A DNA stretch of 53,613 bases from a virus (taxonomy: Duplodnaviria > Caudoviricetes). This document shows positions 8,503 through 16,800 of this stretch, piece by piece (the stretch's first letter is position 1; each line of letters begins with the position of its first letter). A program made the translations under genes and the position numbers. Location: IMG/VR virus record IMGVR_UViG_3300042868_001142, positions 1 to 53,613 of that record; one strand, written 5' to 3'. Under the pieces are notes generated by a model. It worked only from the letters and a program-made list of their open reading frames with translations. It did not search any database and was not told the origin of the DNA.

Positions 8503-9075
8503 TTAGATGGCGTTAATGGTAGCGACGTACTGGCTGCGGCTCACTTGAACCTGAACCACGGTGTACGCATCACCCCAGGCGTTGTCAACGCCGTTAGACA
8601 AACCAATGATCCGCAGATCACCGACCGCACCCGAACCCACCAGCGAGGTGGAGATCATGCATTGTGACAAGCCCGTGGTCGTGGAACCAGCGGTGATGCT
8701 TGCAAAGTTGGCCTGATCGCCGATGGAGGTTTGAGCCAAGCTACCGTTGGCCTGAATGTCGTAAACGATATTCGGGTCAGAGTAGTAGTAAGTCACTTGT
8801 GAGCCAGCTTGATAGGCGGTGTTGGCCACCCACTGGTTGCTGACCAAGCGACGGCCAGTCGTATCAGTGAACTCATGGCCAACAAAAGCACCTTGGTAGG
8901 CGCTGCCAGCAGTAGCTGCAATGATGTTTCCAGACGTGTCAAGGGCCACAGGCTGGCCCTTCAAGATACCGGTGTTGTAACCGGAGGCAATACCGTTTGC
9001 GAGCGCCACAGCGCGATCCAGACCCGAAGGATGGAACGAAGGACGCAAGCCGAACGGAGCAGAGGTTGCACTCAT
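8503..9075 (-). CDS. Putative capsid cement/decoration protein
   Basis: N-terminal APFGLRP, DPNIVYDIQ; directly upstream of the capsid gene. Confidence 0.65.
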   Translation of the reverse strand: MSATSAPFGLRPSFHPSGLDRAVALANGIASGYNTGILKGQPVALDTSGNIIAATAGSAYQGAFVGHEFTDTTGRRLVSNQWVANTAYQAGSQVTYYYSDPNIVYDIQANGSLAQTSIGDQANFASITAGSTTTGLSQCMISTSLVGSGAVGDLRIIGLSNGVDNAWGDAYTVVQVQVSRSQYVATINAI

Positions 9076-9097
9076 AATTAACTCCTTTGTTGAGTCC

Positions 9098-9640
9098 TCA
9101 CCCGTGGAATACGGGAGTTTGGACGTTTCGGTTCAAATTGCCAAAGCCTTCGCCTTCAACGCTTCCCAGACTCTTGCCTGAACTATCGCGGTTCCCTTGA
9201 AGCTGCTCAACTTGGACTTGGACCTTGTCCGACTCCTCATTGGGCGCATCATGGTGCATCTGAGTCATGACCTCTTGATAAACCTCCATTGGAAGTTTGT
9301 ACAAGCGCATCTCATTGCACGCGATAAAACCTACGTCTTCTCCAGCCTTTACGCGGTAATTGTCGAATCCAGGCAACTCATCCGCTCTCACGGGAACATA
9401 GCCCAGTCGCATCCGCTTATCAATACTGTCGTAGCCGTTGGTGGTTGATAACCAGCAAATATGCCATCCCGGAATATCCGGAACCTTTGGCAGCGCACTT
9501 TGTGTCCATTCATCGCTCCACATCTTGCGACGTTCCTGCTTTGAAATGAACGCCTCTTCAGGGGCGGCTCGTGATAAATCTTGTGAAGATCGGCTTTCAC
9601 GGCCACCCGCGTTGAGGGTTTTTTTGAGACGAGAATCCAT
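9098..9640 (-). CDS. Hypothetical head-module protein
   Basis: 180 aa; IPGWHICWLST...RMRLGYVPV; between scaffold and capsid genes. Confidence 0.65.
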   Translation of the reverse strand: MDSRLKKTLNAGGRESRSSQDLSRAAPEEAFISKQERRKMWSDEWTQSALPKVPDIPGWHICWLSTTNGYDSIDKRMRLGYVPVRADELPGFDNYRVKAGEDVGFIACNEMRLYKLPMEVYQEVMTQMHHDAPNEESDKVQVQVEQLQGNRDSSGKSLGSVEGEGFGNLNRNVQTPVFHG

Positions 9641-9645
9641 AATGT

Positions 9646-10581
9646 TTAGTACCTTTTGTTGCGGGCTTCAATTGCGTATCGTTTGATCATCTTGCTGCGT
9701 TTTTCTGGGTCATCCCAAAATCCTGCGTCCTTCATTGCTCTGACCTGTTCAGGGGCCAAAACAAATTGGTTGCCGGAAACGCTGCCGGAAGATTCACGAC
9801 TCGATCCTGTTACCACACTTCGGGGACTCCTTCTGGAAGGCTCGTCAGTGTTTCGAGTATAACGGTGTGGCAAACGCTTTTGCAAGCGATTGTCAAGCTC
9901 ATCCCAGTAATCCTGAGTGGATGGGTCCCAGCCCTCAGAAACAAGCCGGTTGTCAATAACCTTGGCAATTTGAGTGTCCTCGTCTCCAGCCTCTGGGTCG
10001 TACCAAGAGTTGCGCTCCATCCAGCCGTTGGCCAGCCGAACCAACTTGGGATTGGCTGGCGCTGACTCCTGCGCGCCCGCCTTGGCCACCTGCTCTTTGT
10101 AGTTGTTCATCGCCTCAAGTTTGCGGCGACTGTCGTACCAGAGTTCCTGAGCCTTTGTAAATGCCGCGCCGTCAGAGTTGTCTGTGGCCTGCTGCATTTT
10201 CTGCTGGGCGTAGCGCAGACGGTACTCCTCGTCCTCCATCGCCTTCTCGTAGCGGGCCATGTCGGCCCCGTGCGTCTTGCGCTCCAAGACTGCAAGTCGG
10301 TCTTGCAATTCCTGATTCTGACGCTGCATCAACGTAAGGCGCTGATCCTTCTCTTCGTTGGTGCGCTTGATGTATTCCTTCTTGGCCCGGCGACGGTTGC
10401 GGCGGGCCTCACGGACTGCTTCAGTGTCGTCTGGATGGTCTACATCCCCACCATCGTCTTGACTGCTCTCAGGCTCGTTACTGTCGTTGGAGTGGTCAGC
10501 CAGATGGTCTGGCAGATCTACAGTGACGGAGCCGTCCTTTTCCTCAACAACGCTGAGTTCTTCAATTTTGGGATCGCTCAT
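9646..10581 (-). CDS. Putative scaffolding protein, module L
   Basis: acidic N-terminus, long coiled coil, W.ERNSWY, YWDELD, short C-terminal helix; synteny. Confidence 0.65.
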   Translation of the reverse strand: MSDPKIEELSVVEEKDGSVTVDLPDHLADHSNDSNEPESSQDDGGDVDHPDDTEAVREARRNRRRAKKEYIKRTNEEKDQRLTLMQRQNQELQDRLAVLERKTHGADMARYEKAMEDEEYRLRYAQQKMQQATDNSDGAAFTKAQELWYDSRRKLEAMNNYKEQVAKAGAQESAPANPKLVRLANGWMERNSWYDPEAGDEDTQIAKVIDNRLVSEGWDPSTQDYWDELDNRLQKRLPHRYTRNTDEPSRRSPRSVVTGSSRESSGSVSGNQFVLAPEQVRAMKDAGFWDDPEKRSKMIKRYAIEARNKRY

Positions 10582-11015
10582 AGGAAGGCCCTCATCTGGA
10601 GTGGGTCACCGGTCAGCTTGGCGATCACCTCGTGATCGTTCAGGACCATGAACAAGGCGCTGTCTTCGTTTGCATCCTCGCCGGGGACATGCACTTCCCA
10701 ACGGTCACCGCCCCATTTGGGCACTCGAATGTAATCGCCGACCTCACACCAAGATCCTTCCGGCCAGCCCAACATCGTGTCACGATGCTTGAAGGCAAGC
10801 GGTCCAATCTCAATGACCTTGGCCACCATGTTTTGCCACTTTTCGGTCTCCTTGGTTTCTTCGACCAAGATAATTCCAGATGCAGTTGTCGTCTTTTTTG
10901 TACGGCGGAGTTGTACCAACAATCGTCCACCAAGAGGCTTTGCACCGGGATCTACGCTCGGAAATGCCCAAGCCATCTCAGCTTCGTTAGAAGCTACCGG
11001 GTTACTCATTTTCAT
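10578..11015 (-). CDS. groES: GroES/Cpn10-like co-chaperonin
   Basis: KPLGGRLLV, mobile loop TASGIILVE, VIEIGP, VGD, LNDHEVIA. Confidence 0.8.
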   Translation of the reverse strand: MKMSNPVASNEAEMAWAFPSVDPGAKPLGGRLLVQLRRTKKTTTASGIILVEETKETEKWQNMVAKVIEIGPLAFKHRDTMLGWPEGSWCEVGDYIRVPKWGGDRWEVHVPGEDANEDSALFMVLNDHEVIAKLTGDPLQMRAFL

Positions 11016-11184
11016 CTTCCTTCATGAGGTTATTCAAAATGTCGAGGGCCTCCTGTAAGCCCCCGTTGTGACCAACCAGCCGAATGTAAGACTCCCAGTT
11101 CGTCGCATTTCCAGCAACAAGGGACGAGGCTATTTCAGCCTGACGAGCCTTAATTCCACCGATCAAGTCCGAGAGGGTTCTCAT
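11002..11184 (-). CDS. Hypothetical helical protein
   Basis: 60 aa, ATGA-coupled to the upstream ORF and overlapping groES. Confidence 0.6.
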   Translation of the reverse strand: MRTLSDLIGGIKARQAEIASSLVAGNATNWESYIRLVGHNGGLQEALDILNNLMKEDENE

Positions 11185-11327
11185 TTTTTCTTCGCCTGTG
11201 ACAGACCTCCTGACTGCTTGGTTGGGGTGGAACCCTTCATGCTCTGGCCGTCAATCGGAACGCCCATTGCCATACGCTTGTGCTGGGGCACATTGATGCT
11301 CTTTTGCTCTTGGTCACTCGTAGCCAT
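11181..11327 (-). CDS. Small hypothetical protein (48 aa, MATSDQEQ...)
   Basis: SD AAGGAG before ATG 11327; overlaps the portal stop. Confidence 0.5.
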   Translation of the reverse strand: MATSDQEQKSINVPQHKRMAMGVPIDGQSMKGSTPTKQSGGLSQAKKK

Positions 11328-13866
11328 AACGGTCTCCTTGGGTTGATACAGCCTTGGTTTGCTCGAAGTTGAGCTTTGCCGCATCGCGTGTTAAGCGGGC
11401 TGTCTCGATGCGTTCTTTCATCTTTTGGTCGCTGGTGGCGATAGCCAACTTCAATTGAAGCTCTTCCATCGCCTCCTGCTGGCTCTGTTGCAGCTTGGCC
11501 ATGTCCAACTGGATCTTGGCTGCAAGCTCTTTGTCCTTGAGGCCCATCTCTGCCTCGTCGCGCTTGGCACGGCGCTCGGTCTCGGCCATGCTGGTGTCCA
11601 GCAGAACCTTGGTGTCCGGTGTCATCTGCGGCTGGGGCTTGAATTGCTGCAAGCCCTGCATCAGTTGCTGGATCACAGGCAGGATTCCCTTGAGCGTCTG
11701 GTCAGCGTCCATCTCAACGTGCTGTGACGCCAAGGCATACAGCTTGTCCACCGCTTTGGGATCGGCCTGCAAGTCGTAGTCTTCCAACTTTTCGCCCATG
11801 GCCTTTTGCACATAGCCCGTCATGCGGTTCAAGTACCACAGCACGATGTGCTGTTTGATGTGTTCGACCGACTTGGGCAGGTAAGCGGGCGCAATCATGG
11901 GGTTGCTGCCAAAAATCGGACTCTTTGCAAAGTCCAAGTGGGCCTGGATGTGGCCGAGGTGGTCCTGCTCTGGGTACGCGAAGGCAGCCTGACCGATGGC
12001 CATGGACACGTTCTCGTTGGCTGCGTCCATCTTGACCGGCGCAGGCACGTCGACCATGATTTCGTTGATGCCGGGCACTTTGATCTGCTTCAAGAAGCGG
12101 GTGATGACCACTTTCTTGTTGAAAAGCTCAGGGTTGTCCTTCATAACGGCCATAACCGCCTGGGTCTGGGCCATCCGCTGGGTTTCGCTGAAGATGTGCG
12201 GGTCAGAGACGGGAATAACGTCTGTCACGCGGGCAAAATCCTCCCGCTTGATCTCCAAATCCTCCACCACCTCGCCGCGCTGCATGTCGTCCAGATACCA
12301 GCGGTTGATTCGGCTCAAAACGCGCAGCACGCGGCCCTGAGACTCGTGTAAACGGGCGTGAATGGATGAGAAAACAGCCGCGCCCTGCTCAATCAGCGCC
12401 TGGGTGGTGCCAACTGGGGTGTTGCTGTTGACATCGGCAATCTTTTCTTCGGCGGTGGTCACCACACCCTTGGCGGCGCTCGTCAACCAGCCCAAAAGCT
12501 GGAAAAGTACCGGCGATGGAGGGTTGAACGGCATCGGCATGGCAATCTTGCGCACGTCGTCAACCCCCGGAGCGCCTTCAATCTCCACAACCTGGGTCAC
12601 TTCGATCTCTTGAGATTGGCCAGAGATCTTGCCGCCCTTGAGCTTCAGGAGCGTCGCAGCGTTGTTGATGTGGGCTGAGTCCAGCAAGGCCCGCAAAGCG
12701 CCTGTAAGGGCCGCTGAAAGCCCTCCAATGAGCTGCGGCAGGCCAACTGCGTATGCCCCACGCCATGGGATGAACTTGAACTCAATTACCCAGTCCAATT
12801 TGGTGTAAGTGTCGTCGCCTTCTTCCCAATTTCGGTACAGGCCGATCACGTCGGTCGACAGGTCGTCGATCATCAGGATGTACGGGGCCATCTCACCCTT
12901 GGTGACAGGGTCGTCCTCCAGTTCCAGCCATGTGTAGATGTGGTACACCCGGCGAACAGCGTCTTCGTTGTCGTTCTGGGACTTGCCTTCGATCTTGTTC
13001 GTGGCCTTTTGCGCCCCAGTCATCTCTGGGTCCATCGTGGCGCGAGACAAAACCGTGTCGCGGTACAGGCCAGAGTCAACGCGGCGCTTGTAATCCCAGT
13101 CCGATATGTCTTCAACCTCGGTAAAACGCTCTGCGGTGTAGAAATTTCCCGCCGCAAAGGGCAAAAGCACGTTGTCGATGGGCAAGAACTGAGCGCAAGG
13201 ACGGCGTTTTTTTTGGTCGTACCAGAGTTTGAGGTACTGCGACCCGCCCAAAGGCAACTGGGTCAGCATCTGCTCTTGCTCGTCGCGGAATTCCTCGATC
13301 TGCTCGGTCAACTGCCAGTTCATGAAATCGCGTTTGCGCTCGGCAATCGTCGTCTTGTCCTCAGTCACGTCGCCCAGGATCTTGGTTTTGGTCGGGCCGT
13401 CAGGCGGAAACATCTCCTTGATGGCCCTGGCCGCAAAGTCGATACAAGTCTCAGCCATCACGGGGTGAACCACCTTGGACGCACCGTTGAAGTTCGCACC
13501 GCCTGGGGCATCGTTGCCCATTCCAGTGCGCTTGATGCCCTCCTCGTACTGCTTGTCACGCTGCTTGCGGGCGTCCTTGTCCTTCTCGACAAGCTCAATG
13601 TAGCGCAGGGCAAGCGCTCCCAGGTCGTAATCCTGAATCAGGTCGCTGTCGGACAAGTTTTGGTAGAAGTCCTCGTCCTCCATCGGCCCCTTGGTGTCCA
13701 GGGTGACCACTACAGAGCCGTCAGGAAGCTCCTCAAGCTCAGAGTCCAGCAAGTCAGGCATGTCGACGACCTGGGCCACCTCCTCGCCACCGGCCTCCTC
13801 GTCTTGGTTGGGATTGCCGTCAATGAAGCGGTTGAACTCTGGGTCTATTGGGAATTGCGTGGCCAT
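11314..13866 (-). CDS. Portal protein, module L
   Basis: 850 aa; GASKVVHP, FPPDGP, FMNWQLTE, PVGTTQALIEQG, PVSDPHIFS; C-terminal coiled coil; synteny. Confidence 0.8.
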   Translation of the reverse strand: MATQFPIDPEFNRFIDGNPNQDEEAGGEEVAQVVDMPDLLDSELEELPDGSVVVTLDTKGPMEDEDFYQNLSDSDLIQDYDLGALALRYIELVEKDKDARKQRDKQYEEGIKRTGMGNDAPGGANFNGASKVVHPVMAETCIDFAARAIKEMFPPDGPTKTKILGDVTEDKTTIAERKRDFMNWQLTEQIEEFRDEQEQMLTQLPLGGSQYLKLWYDQKKRRPCAQFLPIDNVLLPFAAGNFYTAERFTEVEDISDWDYKRRVDSGLYRDTVLSRATMDPEMTGAQKATNKIEGKSQNDNEDAVRRVYHIYTWLELEDDPVTKGEMAPYILMIDDLSTDVIGLYRNWEEGDDTYTKLDWVIEFKFIPWRGAYAVGLPQLIGGLSAALTGALRALLDSAHINNAATLLKLKGGKISGQSQEIEVTQVVEIEGAPGVDDVRKIAMPMPFNPPSPVLFQLLGWLTSAAKGVVTTAEEKIADVNSNTPVGTTQALIEQGAAVFSSIHARLHESQGRVLRVLSRINRWYLDDMQRGEVVEDLEIKREDFARVTDVIPVSDPHIFSETQRMAQTQAVMAVMKDNPELFNKKVVITRFLKQIKVPGINEIMVDVPAPVKMDAANENVSMAIGQAAFAYPEQDHLGHIQAHLDFAKSPIFGSNPMIAPAYLPKSVEHIKQHIVLWYLNRMTGYVQKAMGEKLEDYDLQADPKAVDKLYALASQHVEMDADQTLKGILPVIQQLMQGLQQFKPQPQMTPDTKVLLDTSMAETERRAKRDEAEMGLKDKELAAKIQLDMAKLQQSQQEAMEELQLKLAIATSDQKMKERIETARLTRDAAKLNFEQTKAVSTQGDRYGYE

Positions 13867-13879
13867 GTTTTTTCCTTGA

Positions 13880-16800
13880 TCAGTCGTGGCAGCCGCACAA
13901 CTTGTTTACTGTAGACAGGCCGCTGACGGTTCCGCCAGCTTTAAAACCTTCGCGGATTAAATGGCGAATGTATGGGTTGTTAAGTTCTTGACTCGGCAAG
14001 CCCTCACCCTTGACGCCAAGTGCGAGATCGTAATATCCCGGACCCTTACGGTCAGGGTTGGCCTTCTTAAATCTGCTATGCCACTCAGGCAAGTACACCT
14101 CGGTTGGTGTTGGAATCATGTTTACGCCCAAGTCCTTGCCGCTGATCAGCGTTGGGAAGCCTGGGTGCAAATCTGGGCGGTACTCAGACATGGGGTCCAT
14201 TTTGAATAGGCGTGGACCAGCCGCAAATGTAGGAGCACTCCCGCCATGCTCAGGATGCAGCAAACCCGGCTCAGTCTCACGCTTGAGAATGTCCGTGGGC
14301 TTGAAGATTACACCCTTGCCGCTCTTCTCGCCACCGAGGGCTACGCCACCCTTGCCGGGTGCGATACCCTGGCCCATCATCAGGTCAGCCAAAGCCGCAC
14401 GCTTCTCAAAGGTGTCGGCTTCTTTCCAAATCTTGGGGTCGCGAATTTGAGCGCCTTCACCAAAAGTCAGTGCAAGGTTGTGATTGATTTTGGCCTCCAA
14501 CTCAGGGCTAAGATTGCCCGCTTTCATGGATTCCAAGAAGCCCTTCTTGAGCTTGTCAAAAACTATGGGGTTGGTCTTGAGTTGGTTCGCCGAGCCAAGC
14601 ATGGTGGTCCATGCGGTCTCTGGATCTGTTAGGTTCTTCAGCCGGGCAGCCGTGCCCTCATCCATCACGCCCCAGACCTTGCCAGCGTAAGCCGGGTCAA
14701 CCTCAGAGATCGCTGAGAACGGTGCGCCACCAATGTTGCCACCACCCACGCGGGTGCGGTCAGCCTGCGTTGTGGTGGTTTTCTTAAAGCCTTTCTCCAT
14801 CGCTTGACCTAGCGCCTCAGATGCCTTGACCGGCGGCTGAGACTTGATCAACTCTGCGGCCTTCCTGCCAGCAGCGGCGCGTTCAGCGGCGGTCACCTCC
14901 TGGGCGGCGGTGTCAGCGCCGGGCTTCAGCAGCTTCTTCAGCACCTCTTTCATTGCCCCACCGCGAGCCATCTTGACGGGGCCGCCAGCCTTCATGCCTT
15001 CTGGGGGACGACCAGCCATCTCGTTCAAGAAGTCCATGCTCGGGCCAGGAGTGGGTGGGGGCATTTGGGATTTAAGGGCGTCCTCCCATTCGGCACGGGT
15101 CATGTATGGCTGAATTCTTCCTGCTGCCTTAGCCTTTTCAAAGGCTGCATCGCGCTCTGCCTTGGTGGCAACAAAACTTTCAGGCATGAAGTTGACGATG
15201 TCTTTTGATGAGTACAGCCCAGTGTTGCCAAGATCACCAACGTCCGACCACTTGCCGCCACGGACAAAATCTTGAACAAAGGGCAGGTACTGTTCGTTGG
15301 GGGCGCGGTTCTGCTTGCCTTTGATCTGGACGATCTTGTTTTCAGTTGCATTCAAAAGCTCTGGCGCTTCAGCCTTTAAGAATTCAGGCCAACTGTTAAA
15401 ATATTTGTTTCTGTTTTCGCTGTATTTTGCGTACAGATCAGGCAAGTTTTCTTTTGCATATCGAGACTCAAGATTTGGGTTGTGTGGCTGCGCCTCCACC
15501 GTCACATGCGGCTCACCCTTGGCATCACGCAGGCTGAAGATGCGGCTCTTGCCCTCCAGCACGTCAGGGCAGTAACCACCAACGCAGTGGCCCATCGTCT
15601 CGCCTTCGTATTTGAGGGCGTCTTCAAGAGCCTTGTGCTGACCTGAGATGCGGATGGCCTCCGCCTTTGTCTTGGCCCAACCGATGTCTTCTCCGTTGGG
15701 GCCGACGATGTCAAACCCTCCAGCCTTCGGCTCAAGCGTGACGCCGCCAGTAAGATCCTTCGGCGGGGCCAACTCAATCCACTTGTACCCCTCTGGGTAC
15801 TCCTTGTGGACAGGCATGCCCTCGGTCATCTTGATCTGCGCCTCGCGCATCTTCTTGGCCATCTCTTGGTCAAACTCACTGGTGCGGCGTACTGCCTGCT
15901 CCATGCTGACCTTGCTCAACTGCTCGGGCGCGATGCGTCCAGCAGCAACGTCTTGACGCAGAACATCCATGATGTGGTCAAAGCCAAAATTGCTGGGATC
16001 AAAGTTTCGCTCAAGACTATAAACTTTTGATTCTGGATCAAGTTTTTCAAGCCAGGGATACTGTTCTTTTTTTGATTCTGCCTCGGCAATATTGCCTGAA
16101 ATACTATTTTGTTTTTGATAGGACGGATCAATTAACTCTTTAACAGAACGAGGAGTTATTGCAACATCCGTAGCGTCCTCCCATGCTTTTGCAGCCCCAG
16201 ATATTCCAAGTTGTTCAGTTTTATTTTGCCTACGAAATCGTGGCGCGGCAATATTATTTATACCCACCTGATCCGGAGCAATGTGAAATATGTGGTTAAG
16301 CGCAATTTCATACTCTGACTTTGCTTCATTCATCATAGTCTGAGCTTGACGAGTCAAATTCGCCTTGCGCCGTGGGTCAGTCTCTGCTGCCGCTCTATCA
16401 GCCATCTTCTGAGCGCGTTCTTCGTCTTTGGCATACTTGCCTTCAATTTCAACCTGACGCTTGTCAATCATCAACCGCACTGGGTCTTGCGGCGTTGCCA
16501 TCTCATTTTTGACGTAGCTGGTCAAGTTGCGGTCAATCCACTGATTGAGGGCATCTTGTTCGCGTAATTCACGGAATGACATTCCCTGCCCAAAGCCAAT
16601 GTTCTGGTCTGCTGCCTCCGCAAGTCTTGTCTTTAACGGCTTCAAGTTTTTCTCTATGCTACCCGTCAGCCAGTTCCCGCCCTTGGGCTTGATCACGCGA
16701 GGGGCAGCAGCAGCCGATGCCTTGGCAAACTCCTGCGCACCGTGCTTGATGGCCCCTGGAAGCGCTCCAACGGCCCTCAGAGGCGATCCAGGCCCCAAGT

